Shown here: piece by piece, positions 28,226 to 37,609 of the stretch
How positions within the stretch are numbered: the first letter of the stretch is position 1
How the letters are laid out: the number at the start of each line of letters is the position of its first letter
From: Nitrospirota bacterium
Lineage (GTDB): Bacteria; Nitrospirota; Thermodesulfovibrionia; Thermodesulfovibrionales; Dissulfurispiraceae
Direction: 5' to 3'
DNA: 64,000 bases
NCBI GenBank assembly: GCA_963790025.1
Contig: CAWBMP010000004.1
Coordinates: 416,001-480,000, forward strand
Position numbers and translations under genes: made by a program
The notes under the pieces: generated by a model
Told to the model about the DNA's origin: nothing
Database searches by the model: none
The model's input: only the letters and a program-made list of their open reading frames with translations

Positions 28226-29656
28226 TTATACCGACTCTTCAGATGACTCGGACTGCAGTTGTTTCAGGCGTTTGCTTAACGCGGGCTGAGAAATGCCCAG
28301 GAGGCGGCAGGCAATAGACTGGTTTCCGTCTGCGCGTTTCATGGCTTCAGCAACGAGGAGACCGACTGCCTGCTGGATGGTGGGAAGAGACTCTGATGAC
28401 TCAAAGATGTTTCGCCCATAATTCCGCGTCAAATGGCCGGCCTGCCGCTGTTGGCTGTCAATCCCCTGAAAAAATTTAATTGACAGGACGCTTCCAGGAT
28501 TCTGGACAACTGCGTCAAAAACCATTGACCGCAGCTCGCGGATATTGCCGGGGAAATCATGCCTTTCAAGCAAAGGGAGCAATTCAACGGGGGGCTCAGG
28601 TTTCAATTTGTCGAGCGTCCGGGCCGCCTCATCCAGAAAATAGTCAAGAAGCAGTGGAAGATCGTCTTTCCGGTCCCGAAGCGAAGGCATGTGTATCTGG
28701 TGCGTCCTGAGACGGTAGTAGAGGTCCTTTCTGAATTCCCCTTTACTCTGCTTTTCCGCAAGGTTCTGATGGGTCGATGCGATGACACGAGCCCTGAGCC
28801 TCTTCGGCTGGTCGCTGCCAAGGGGAAAGTAGTCGCCCTCCTGAAGAAGCCGCAGGAGCTTTACCTGAGAGACGTTACTAAGGTCGCCGATCTCGTCCAG
28901 GAAAAGCGTGCCGCGTGCCGCTTTCTCGATCATGCCGCTCCTGGGCTGATCTGCGCCTGTAAATGCCCCCTTGATATGTCCGAAAAGAGTGTCAGTGAAC
29001 ATGTGATCATCGAGTCCTCCGACGTTGACAGACACAAGAGGTCCCCTGCACTCGCTCAACACGTGGACCACATTGGCGATAAGCCCTTTGCCGACTCCGC
29101 TTTCGCCGGTGATCAGGAGGGGTTGGTTGCTCTTTGACACTGCCTCGACATACTGGAAAATAGATCGCATTGTTTTATTGTTTGTGATGATATCTTGAAA
29201 CGCATCAGGATTCTGGAGAGTGTCGTAGAGGAAGCGCCGGCTCATCTCGCGGTTTTCCCGCTGCATTTCTATAAGACGTATGGCGTGCATGACCACAGTG
29301 ATTATCCTGTCCTCCTCGGCTGTCTTGACGAGGTAATCGAAGGCGCCCTGTTTCATGCACTTGACCGCTGTCTCGATCTGGTTCATTCCGCTGACGACTA
29401 TCACTATTATTTCCGGATACTGCTCACTGATCATGCCGAGCAGTGCCTCTCCGGAAAGGTTAGGCATGGTTAGGTCCAGCAGGACGATGCCGACCTCGCT
29501 GACAGACAGCAGCTTCATAACTTCCCGGCTGTCCTCGCATGAGATTACGTTATTGATCCCTGCCAGCCGCTCCAGAGTGATACGCATTGACCTGAGCCAG
29601 GCCGGCTCGTCATCTACGAGCAATATCGAAAAGGACGGATAGAACTCTTCATTCAT
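28226..29656 (-). CDS. sigma54-dependent response regulator (NtrC family)
   Basis: REC, GESGVGK, GAFTGA, LDEIG, FPGNIREL, Fis HTH. Confidence 0.95.
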   Translation of the reverse strand: MNEEFYPSFSILLVDDEPAWLRSMRITLERLAGINNVISCEDSREVMKLLSVSEVGIVLLDLTMPNLSGEALLGMISEQYPEIIVIVVSGMNQIETAVKCMKQGAFDYLVKTAEEDRIITVVMHAIRLIEMQRENREMSRRFLYDTLQNPDAFQDIITNNKTMRSIFQYVEAVSKSNQPLLITGESGVGKGLIANVVHVLSECRGPLVSVNVGGLDDHMFTDTLFGHIKGAFTGADQPRSGMIEKAARGTLFLDEIGDLSNVSQVKLLRLLQEGDYFPLGSDQPKRLRARVIASTHQNLAEKQSKGEFRKDLYYRLRTHQIHMPSLRDRKDDLPLLLDYFLDEAARTLDKLKPEPPVELLPLLERHDFPGNIRELRSMVFDAVVQNPGSVLSIKFFQGIDSQQRQAGHLTRNYGRNIFESSESLPTIQQAVGLLVAEAMKRADGNQSIACRLLGISQPALSKRLKQLQSESSEESV

Positions 29657-29660
29657 GGTC

Positions 29661-31442
29661 TTACACCTCCGGAACTGCCGCAGGCAGTTTTACTGTTACC
29701 GTCGTCCCCTCGCCCGGCGCCGACTCGAAACTAATCGTGCCCCCATGTTCCCTGATAATGCCGGCCGAAATAGCGAGCCCCAGGCCTGTACCTCCGGAAT
29801 CCCGTTTAGTCGTAAAAAAAGGATCGGTCAGGCGCGACAGGTGCTCCTTTGGTATGCCCACTCCCTCATCGGATACCCGGACAATCACGGAACCTGTATC
29901 AGGGTCGTTCAGAGTAGATACAAAGATACCCTTGTCCGGGCCCTCAAGTGACTGGCAGGCATTCAATATGAGATTTACGACGACCTGTTCGAGGCGGTGG
30001 AAGTTACCTTTGATTTTGGGTAGCGGTTCGGCATAGTGAACATTATAGTTATTTGTCGCCGTTCTCACCGAATTGTCCGCAAGACGCAGGGACGTCTGTA
30101 CAACATTATTCAGATCGACCAGTTCACTGAAATCGGCATCACTCTTTCTGGAGAAGTGTTTAAGGTCCTCCACTATACGCCTGATACGCTTCGCGGCATC
30201 CTGCATCTCGTCGAGCAGATGAGGTATCTCACGGCGCATGCGTGAATAGGCGAGGCCCCCCATCTGGAAATCGCCGTGTTCCACGTAATGGGCCTGAAGG
30301 ATCAGCTCTATGTCCTTCATCGCCTCGATGATTACGGGAAGGTTCAACAGGATCAATCCGTTTGGATTATTGATCTCATGGGCCATGCCAGAGACCAGGA
30401 CACCGAGGGCAGCCATTTTATCAGCCTGAATCAATTGCTGCTGTTGCAGACAGAGTTTTTCGGCCGCCAGCTTGCGCTCATCGACCTCGTGCTCCAGGGC
30501 CTCCGTCCTGATGGCAACCTGCCGCTTCAGCACCCTTGACCATGTAAGAGTAATACCGAGGACCAGAAGGAGAGAGGCAACTATTGACAGGCTGTGTTGC
30601 GCCATCCAGGACAGGCGGACTGAAGGCGTCTCTACATTGCCCAACCATTTGTCCTGAAGTTTTTTGTATCGGCCTGTATGCTTCAGGAGGGCCATTCCCT
30701 CTTCGAATTTGGCCAGGGTCTTCAGATTTCCCTTTTTTACGGCGTAACAATATTGCTTTGTATCTATGCTGCCGGCGACCACCCCCACATTCCTGATCCC
30801 CAGGTCCTTGATACTGTATGATCCAGGAAGTGTGGCCAGCACGGAATAGTCATATTGCCCGGAGGCAAGAAGTTTAACAGCATCAGCAACCGTGGGGGCA
30901 GGGACCGGCTGGATCGGCAGTCCCGCCTGCACAAAATAATCGTACATAACGCCCCGCCCCATCAGCACGACCTCTTTCCCGCGGAGTTCATTAAGCGAAT
31001 TGACCGGCTTTACCCCTTTCCGGGCAAAGATCGAATGTGATATGTAGGAGTGGGGGGACGAAAAATCCAGTATCTTCTGCCGGTCATCCGAATAAGAGAT
31101 GCCCTGCAGCACGTCAACGGTGCCGTCTTCCAGTGCCTTGCGCATGTCGGCCCAGGACTCGCCAAGTTCGATCTTGACATCAAAACCCATGGTCTCGGCA
31201 ATGGCCCGGGTCAACTCCACCACAAAGCCCGCAGGCTTCCCTTCCCTGTCAAGAAATTCATAAGGCGGATAGGCGCTGTTGCCGCCTACAATAATAGTCT
31301 CCATTGACCGGCCGGGGTCCTCCTGGACAATAGCGGCCCTGGGTTTTTCGGCAGAACATAGCAAACAAATCAGATAGATACAGGCGGCTGTAATCACCGG
31401 GAATAACATCTTACCGGTGACATTCGGCAGGGTTTTACGCAT
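29661..31442 (-). CDS. Sensor histidine kinase with family-3 (amino-acid-type) solute-binding domain
   Basis: YPPYEF SBP_bac_3 motif, TM, AHEINNP, DPFFTTK, GTGLGL. Confidence 0.9.
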   Translation of the reverse strand: MRKTLPNVTGKMLFPVITAACIYLICLLCSAEKPRAAIVQEDPGRSMETIIVGGNSAYPPYEFLDREGKPAGFVVELTRAIAETMGFDVKIELGESWADMRKALEDGTVDVLQGISYSDDRQKILDFSSPHSYISHSIFARKGVKPVNSLNELRGKEVVLMGRGVMYDYFVQAGLPIQPVPAPTVADAVKLLASGQYDYSVLATLPGSYSIKDLGIRNVGVVAGSIDTKQYCYAVKKGNLKTLAKFEEGMALLKHTGRYKKLQDKWLGNVETPSVRLSWMAQHSLSIVASLLLVLGITLTWSRVLKRQVAIRTEALEHEVDERKLAAEKLCLQQQQLIQADKMAALGVLVSGMAHEINNPNGLILLNLPVIIEAMKDIELILQAHYVEHGDFQMGGLAYSRMRREIPHLLDEMQDAAKRIRRIVEDLKHFSRKSDADFSELVDLNNVVQTSLRLADNSVRTATNNYNVHYAEPLPKIKGNFHRLEQVVVNLILNACQSLEGPDKGIFVSTLNDPDTGSVIVRVSDEGVGIPKEHLSRLTDPFFTTKRDSGGTGLGLAISAGIIREHGGTISFESAPGEGTTVTVKLPAAVPEV

Positions 31443-31453
31443 CCATTATTATC

Positions 31454-33361
31454 TCACAACTCCATCACCAGTGTATATAAAACAGGATATTCATCCTTAG
31501 CCATGGCTGCCTCTTCCTTCAGCAGTCTTAAAGCCTCGGGCGCATACTTCAGAAAAAACTTTTTACCCTTTACCAGGGAAAGAAATCCGTATGCTCCCAG
31601 GGCCTGCATGTGCCTCTGCAGACGGCAGGGTAGTATGGTCCCCTCAAACTTATCGGGATCGAACCGTATGCCTGCGCTGATTTGCATGCGCTCCACATAG
31701 TACGTCAACAGGCGCGCCCTAAGAGTGTTATCGAGGCGATAGTACGGGTCCCAGAGCAGTGAGACCACATCATATGCAGGGGGGGCCATCCGCGCCCCCT
31801 GATAGTCGATAAGCCTCGGATTGCAGGTGGGCTGCACGATCATTATGTTCTGCGATTGAAAGTCGCGGTGAATCACCGTCTTTGGAAAAGCATCGACTTT
31901 CAGGGCCAGTTGATCGAATTCATCCTCCAGTATCGCAAATTTTTGAAGGGACATCCCCCTGACACCCTTTACAAACCTTTCGACAAAATATCCCGTCTCC
32001 CAGCGCAAGTAGTCATAATCAAAGATCTTGTTTGCAAGGAGAGGGCATTCGGCGACATGATCGGTGACTACAGTATGCAGCGTTACCAGCAAATCGAGCA
32101 CCCTTCTGTATATTTGCTCCACCTCCCCGCCACCACGAGGACACTTGAGCCAGCTATACAGAGATCGATCGCCAAGGTCTTCAAAAGAGGCCGTCATACT
32201 TTCGGAGTCTGCGCTGATGAGCTCCGGCACGGGAAGCTTAAATTTCCGGAAAAAACGTGTAAATTCCATGTGCCGCTCAAAATCCATGTCCCCCGCGGCA
32301 CACTGCATCAGTACCGACGTCTTTCCATCTCTCTTAACTCTGAAATATTTTCTGTCGGAACCACCGGAGCCGATAAATGTTCCGCTCTCGTCCGATGTCA
32401 ATATTGTTTTGCATTCGTCGAATGAGCACACAAAATCCGGCCCTATGATACAATTCTCGTAAGCACCCTGCTCAGGCACGCTCCCCGGCAGCACAATACA
32501 ATTTCTGAGCGAAACTCCCTTCATGATGCTGCATCCCTTTTCAACTACGCTATTAGCGTTTAGAAGGGCCCCGGCACAGCCCGTCGATTCCGGATGAAAA
32601 TAAACCGTCTCCCCTTCAGCTTTTAAAGCATCAAAAACAGCGGAAGCGTATGAAGTTGGGGTCCCTACATCATGCCAGCGACACCCGGTTACGTCCGTCG
32701 TCCCGACCCTGTGTCCCGATGCTGCGGCTTTAAGCCAGGCATGAACAACACTGGATTTCCCTTCAGGGAGAAACGCGAGGAATTCCCTGTTATAAACTGA
32801 AATACCCATGTAGGCTGCGAGGCGACTGCACTCCAACCGAGCACTCAACGCGCAACTCACAGGCGATTTTGAGTGCTCGGTAAAGTGTCCTGCCACTCCC
32901 TTGAGATTGCCATCTCCATCCAGTATGACTGTATTGAAACGGCTGCAGTCATGGACCGCCAGCGTTACCATATTACCGGAAGCATTGTGCCGTTCGAGCA
33001 GCTCTGCTAAATCGATATCCGACAGAACATCGGCATTATGAACGAGAAATACGCTGCTACCCGACAGGAACGCTTCAGCGTTCTTCAGAGCGCCGCCCGT
33101 ATCCAGTACCGGGTCCTCCGGAAAAAATAATACATTACTCTTATACGGCGATTCTTCTATCCAGTCTTTGATTGCTTCTTTTTTATAATGCAGATTGACG
33201 CCGATTTGATTTGCCTGAAGCCCTGACAGTTTTTCCAGTATATGTCCAAGCACCGGTTTACCCAGTACCGGCAGGAGCGGCTTTGGCAGGTAGCCGGTAA
33301 TCGGCCTCATTCGCTCGCCGAGACCGGCAGCGGGGACAAAACAATTGATCTTTTCATTCAT
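31454..33361 (-). CDS. Fused MurNAc-1-P uridylyltransferase (MurU-like) and anomeric MurNAc/GlcNAc kinase (AmgK-like)
   Basis: N-terminal AAGLGERMRP..PKPL, LDTGG; C-terminal SDRKYFR, HRDFQSQN, IDYQ, YDVVSLL, QRHMQALG. Confidence 0.82.
   Translation of the reverse strand: MNEKINCFVPAAGLGERMRPITGYLPKPLLPVLGKPVLGHILEKLSGLQANQIGVNLHYKKEAIKDWIEESPYKSNVLFFPEDPVLDTGGALKNAEAFLSGSSVFLVHNADVLSDIDLAELLERHNASGNMVTLAVHDCSRFNTVILDGDGNLKGVAGHFTEHSKSPVSCALSARLECSRLAAYMGISVYNREFLAFLPEGKSSVVHAWLKAAASGHRVGTTDVTGCRWHDVGTPTSYASAVFDALKAEGETVYFHPESTGCAGALLNANSVVEKGCSIMKGVSLRNCIVLPGSVPEQGAYENCIIGPDFVCSFDECKTILTSDESGTFIGSGGSDRKYFRVKRDGKTSVLMQCAAGDMDFERHMEFTRFFRKFKLPVPELISADSESMTASFEDLGDRSLYSWLKCPRGGGEVEQIYRRVLDLLVTLHTVVTDHVAECPLLANKIFDYDYLRWETGYFVERFVKGVRGMSLQKFAILEDEFDQLALKVDAFPKTVIHRDFQSQNIMIVQPTCNPRLIDYQGARMAPPAYDVVSLLWDPYYRLDNTLRARLLTYYVERMQISAGIRFDPDKFEGTILPCRLQRHMQALGAYGFLSLVKGKKFFLKYAPEALRLLKEEAAMAKDEYPVLYTLVMEL
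32837..32883. repeat. Palindromic ~47-bp dispersed element, in-frame copy
   Basis: CCGAGCACTCAA, 20 nt, TTGAGTGCTCGG; related copy at 39882-39927. Confidence 0.65.
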
Positions 33362-34529
33362 AAAGCAAGAATCTTCTTCGCGCCTGTTGCCGAAAACTAT
33401 GGCATTGCTCCTTCCACCACGCCTCCATCCGGTCGAGGGGTTCCCCTTTTTCTATTTCTTCTCTGAGTCTGTCCGTTCCTGCCAGAATATCGATTGGCAT
33501 TTTCTCCATCTCATACTCATACGGCGGCCGCTTCCATAAGAAATACTTAGGGTAAAGGTCATGTATGGCCTTGATAGCGGCAACCCCTGTCTTGAACGGC
33601 TTGAAACGCTCCCGGGCGGTAATATGAAGCTGCGCCCCTCCGCAGACTGCGCCGGCATGCTTTTGAAAGGCCGGCTGAAAGTACATCGGCCTGAAAACCA
33701 CACCAGGGAGTTTGTAAGAGTTGAGCTCTTTCACCATCCTGTCGGGCTGGACATAAGGGGCGCCGAAAATCTCGAAAGGGCGCGTCGTGCCGCGTCCTTC
33801 ACTAAGCATGGTCCCTTCCAAGAGGCACATACCAGGATACACAGTTGAAGTATCAATTGCCGGCATGTTGGGTGAAGGCGAAACCCAGGGCAGTTTAGTG
33901 TCGTCAAACCACATCTTCCGCTGCCAACCTTGCATCGTAATGATATATAACGCAAGGCCTGCATAAAATGATTCTTTCAGATACGAAGCAATTTCTCCCA
34001 CGGTCATGCCGTGACGTACAGGGAGCGGCCGCTGTCCGACGAACGAGGCGTAACGCATATCGAGTACCGGACCTTCGACAATTGTGCCTCCGATGGGATT
34101 CGGCCTGTCAAGGACCACTACCGCCTTGCCGGTCTCCAGACACGCCTGCATGCAGAGTTCCATAGTCCAGATAAACGTGTAGTACCGTGAACCAACGTCC
34201 TGTAAATCGACAACTATTATATCCAGGTCCTTCATCATGACAGGCCCGGGCTTCCTCGTGTCGCCGTAGAGACTGAAAACAGGCAATCCGCTGCCCTCAT
34301 CCCTAAAGCCTTTCCACTCGATCATATTATCCTGTGTTTCACCGCGGATGCCGTGCTGGGGGCCGAAGAGCGCCTTTAGTGTCAGCTTGTGCGATTGCAT
34401 GAACAGTGCCGCCGCGTGCTCCAGTTTCCTGTTGACCGAAGCGGGGTGAACGAGGAGTCCGGCTCTTGCGCCATTTAATTTTTTGGGCCACTTCTTTTCA
34501 AAACTGTCAAGGCCGGTAAGCACCGACAT
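33354..34529 (-). CDS. namZ: Exo-beta-N-acetylmuramidase NamZ family (DUF1343)
   Basis: LFGPQHG, SLYG, DLQDVGSRYYTF, LDRPNP, RHGMT.GE, SEGRGT.RPFE. Confidence 0.88.
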   Translation of the reverse strand: MSVLTGLDSFEKKWPKKLNGARAGLLVHPASVNRKLEHAAALFMQSHKLTLKALFGPQHGIRGETQDNMIEWKGFRDEGSGLPVFSLYGDTRKPGPVMMKDLDIIVVDLQDVGSRYYTFIWTMELCMQACLETGKAVVVLDRPNPIGGTIVEGPVLDMRYASFVGQRPLPVRHGMTVGEIASYLKESFYAGLALYIITMQGWQRKMWFDDTKLPWVSPSPNMPAIDTSTVYPGMCLLEGTMLSEGRGTTRPFEIFGAPYVQPDRMVKELNSYKLPGVVFRPMYFQPAFQKHAGAVCGGAQLHITARERFKPFKTGVAAIKAIHDLYPKYFLWKRPPYEYEMEKMPIDILAGTDRLREEIEKGEPLDRMEAWWKEQCHSFRQQARRRFLLYE

Positions 34530-34700
34530 AGCTGAATTCTCCTTAGTGTCAATTGAATTCATAATGATAATCGTAATAAGACCCGTAGCGCAAGTGGTCA
34601 CATTCCGCATTATGGAATTCGGTCCCCAGGCGTGATACAATGTTGTAAGGTCAAGCGCCAATGGGTTAGAATGTCTTTTAACGCCCCAAAAGAGGTAAAA

Positions 34701-36173
34701 ATGTATATTGTCATGATCACCCCTGAATGCGCCCCTGTTGCCAAAGTTGGAGGCCTCGCAGACGTAGTTTACGGCCTATGCCACGAGCTAGAACTCCGGG
34801 GAAACGATGTCGAGATCATCCTGCCGAAATACGACTGTATGCGGTACGACCAGATTTATGGACTGCATATGGTTTATAACGACCTATGGGTCCCTTTTTA
34901 TGATGGATGGGTTCATTGCTCTGTATTTTTCGGTTTCGCCCACGGAAGAAAATGTTTCTTTATCGATCCCCATTCGCAGAAAAACTTCTTTAACAGGGGC
35001 ATTTTTTACGGTCATCACGATGATCCGGAGCGGTTTGCTTTTTTCTCCAGGGCGGCCCTTGAGTTTATGCTAAAGTCAAACAAGCATCCCGACATCATCC
35101 ACTGTCACGACTGGCAGACTGGTATCGTGCCGGTGTTGCTCTTTGATATTTACAAGAATTATGGCATGACCCATCCCCGCGTCTGTTATACCCTGCACAA
35201 CGTCGGGCATCAGGGAGTAACAGGAGAGTACATATTGCGTGCCGTAGGACTCAACAGGCCTGATCATTATCTTCACCACGACCGGCTCAGGGACAACTTC
35301 AATCATTCCGCCGTGAACCTGATGAAGGCCGGCATCGTTTATTCCAACTTCGTGACCACAGTGTCTCCCGGTTATGCCTCGGAAATCCAGCATTCCCATT
35401 TGTCTTACGGACTCGGTCATACCCTTCACATCCACAGTCAGAAGTTCGGCGGCATTCTGAACGGCATCGACTACGAAGTTTGGAACCCTGAGATCGACCG
35501 GTATATCCCGTACCGGTATAAAATCGATAATATCGACGGCAAATACAGGGACAAAGAGGCGCTCCGCCACAGACTTCTCCTCCGGCAAATCTATAAGCCC
35601 ATAGTTTCATACATCGGCAGACTGGACCATCAAAAAGGGGTAGAACTGATAAGGGACGCCATATTTTATTCGCTGTCAAACGGATGTCAATTCGTCCTTC
35701 TGGGTTCGAGCCCGGACCACAGGACCAATAATGTTTTCCTCCATCTCAAGCACCAGCTGAATGACAACCCGGACTGTCACCTCGAGATCGGATTTGACGA
35801 AGAACTCTCGCACCTCATCTATGCGGGTTCCGACATGATGATCGTCCCGAGTCTCTTTGAGCCCTGCGGGTTGACCCAGATAATCGCCCTGAAATACGGG
35901 ACAGTGCCCGTTGTGCGGGCAACCGGAGGATTGCGGGACACGGTCTTCGATGCCGACTACAGCGATAGGCCGTATCACGAGCGGAACGGTTATGTATTCA
36001 ACGACTTCAATTTCAACGGGATCGTGTCGGCCCTGCGGCGCGCAATAGGCATGTGGTATACCTACCCTCAGCACTTCAGAGAGCTGATGGCAAACGGCAT
36101 GCGCTATGATTTTTCCTGGAACCACCCCGGACAGCACTACCTGAATATCTACGAACATATCAGGGACAAGTAA
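34701..36173 (+). CDS. glgA: Glycogen synthase
   Basis: KVGGLADV, HCHDWQ, GRLDHQKG, FEPCGLTQ, TGGL. Confidence 0.95.
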   Translation: MYIVMITPECAPVAKVGGLADVVYGLCHELELRGNDVEIILPKYDCMRYDQIYGLHMVYNDLWVPFYDGWVHCSVFFGFAHGRKCFFIDPHSQKNFFNRGIFYGHHDDPERFAFFSRAALEFMLKSNKHPDIIHCHDWQTGIVPVLLFDIYKNYGMTHPRVCYTLHNVGHQGVTGEYILRAVGLNRPDHYLHHDRLRDNFNHSAVNLMKAGIVYSNFVTTVSPGYASEIQHSHLSYGLGHTLHIHSQKFGGILNGIDYEVWNPEIDRYIPYRYKIDNIDGKYRDKEALRHRLLLRQIYKPIVSYIGRLDHQKGVELIRDAIFYSLSNGCQFVLLGSSPDHRTNNVFLHLKHQLNDNPDCHLEIGFDEELSHLIYAGSDMMIVPSLFEPCGLTQIIALKYGTVPVVRATGGLRDTVFDADYSDRPYHERNGYVFNDFNFNGIVSALRRAIGMWYTYPQHFRELMANGMRYDFSWNHPGQHYLNIYEHIRDK

Positions 36174-36191
36174 AGTATAATAATGCTCGCG

Positions 36192-36364
36192 AGGTAGTGG
36201 GTCAGTTTGTTTTTGCTCTGGATCACCTGAGTTCTCAGCAGTGGGCAGGTAACGCCCTGCCCACATATCGAAGACTGGGCTGCCAAAGTAATCTTCAGTA
36301 CATGCCAGGGACTGGAACCTAAAGACTATTTGATCCAGAGCGAAAACAAACTGACCCACTGCCT
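36192..36364. mobile_element. 173-bp MITE-like or structured element with 34-bp terminal inverted repeats
   Basis: aggtagtgggtcagtttgtttttgctctggatca ... tgatccagagcgaaaacaaactgacccactgcct (32/34 match), plus an internal hairpin at 36241-36264. Confidence 0.55.
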
Positions 36365-36371
36365 AAAAAAA

Positions 36372-37157
36372 CTAAGTTATTTTTTCAGGCAGGCATGTAA
36401 AGTCCTTTTTCCCTGCAAACCGTGAAGGGCCAAGCACATATTTGATATGTGCATCGATTATATCCATGAGTTCTTCCACAAGCTGTTCCGGTGCATTGAC
36501 CCTGCCGATGGCTGAAGGGCCCCACTTGAGAAGGCCTTCGTAAAATCTCAAAGCGCCGCGCGAAATGGGCATGGAGTGTCCTTCCCCTATAAAACAGCGG
36601 CTGCAAAAGACCGACCCATGTGAGATATAAAAATGATGATGCGTCGGACCACTTCCGGCCGGCACACCCGTAGATGTTTCCGTGCCGCATCTTCCGCACT
36701 TGGACAGTCCCGGCAAATAGCCCGCAGCTTGCATGAACCTCATTTTATAAAAAAGATAAAATAATTGATTGTCGCCGTGAGATTCCAGCGTTGTCATCAT
36801 ATGCAGGAGCAGCTTGAAAATCTCCGGGGCAGGCTCCCTTTCAGGGAGGAAATTTAGACACAGTTCCAGTATTTCCGATACATTAAGCAGACGGTAGATA
36901 TCGCCACGCAGCGAATGAAAGGGCCTGATGATATCAGATTGAGTGAGCCGCGGGAGACCGGCTTCTTCCTTGCCGAAGAAAGAAATTCTGGCGTAGGTGA
37001 GGGGTTCAAGGCTGCTGCCGAATCTGCTCTTAACTTTCCGAGGGCTCTTTGCGAATGCCTTTAACAATCCGTAATGGGGAGTCAGATAGGTAACAATGAG
37101 GTCGGCTTCTCCGAACACAGCACTTTTAAGAACAATCCCATAAGTTCGCTTTAACAT
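36372..37157 (-). CDS. recO: DNA repair protein RecO
   Basis: GEADLIV, SRFGSSLEP, CGRC...CSRC zinc finger. Confidence 0.93.
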   Translation of the reverse strand: MLKRTYGIVLKSAVFGEADLIVTYLTPHYGLLKAFAKSPRKVKSRFGSSLEPLTYARISFFGKEEAGLPRLTQSDIIRPFHSLRGDIYRLLNVSEILELCLNFLPEREPAPEIFKLLLHMMTTLESHGDNQLFYLFYKMRFMQAAGYLPGLSKCGRCGTETSTGVPAGSGPTHHHFYISHGSVFCSRCFIGEGHSMPISRGALRFYEGLLKWGPSAIGRVNAPEQLVEELMDIIDAHIKYVLGPSRFAGKKDFTCLPEKIT

Positions 37158-37609
37158 TACATGATATTGCCAAAATCCTCGGGCTTTAAATTCTTGAGCC
37201 ATTCCTCAAGCTCATCAGCCCTTCGCACCTCAAGCACATGCTCTTCCACAAAAATAGGGGCCTGCACCCTGAGCGCAACGGCAACCGCATCAGAGGGTCG
37301 CGAGTCAATAGACACCTCTTTTTTGGCGTTCTCTGCATAGATCAGGGCATAATATGTGTTATCTACAATTTCGGTAATAACAATTCTTGTTACCTTCGCA
37401 TTCAACCCGTCAAAGACATTTTTGATCAGATCATGGGTAAGAGGCCTGGGAGTAATGACTTTGCCGAGGGCCAGGGCTATTGCATCGGCTTCGGGCTTTC
37501 CGATCCAGATCGGGAGTGTTTCATTCCCGTCTACCTGTTGAAGGAGCAGGATATACATGCCGCTCCGCGGATCAAAAAGGAGGCCCTCAACCTTCATCTG
37601 AATAAACAT
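37157..37609 (-). CDS. Bifunctional nuclease family protein (DUF151)
   Basis: LPIWIG..EA, RPLTHDL, DSRPSDA. Confidence 0.92.
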   Translation of the reverse strand: MFIQMKVEGLLFDPRSGMYILLLQQVDGNETLPIWIGKPEADAIALALGKVITPRPLTHDLIKNVFDGLNAKVTRIVITEIVDNTYYALIYAENAKKEVSIDSRPSDAVAVALRVQAPIFVEEHVLEVRRADELEEWLKNLKPEDFGNIM

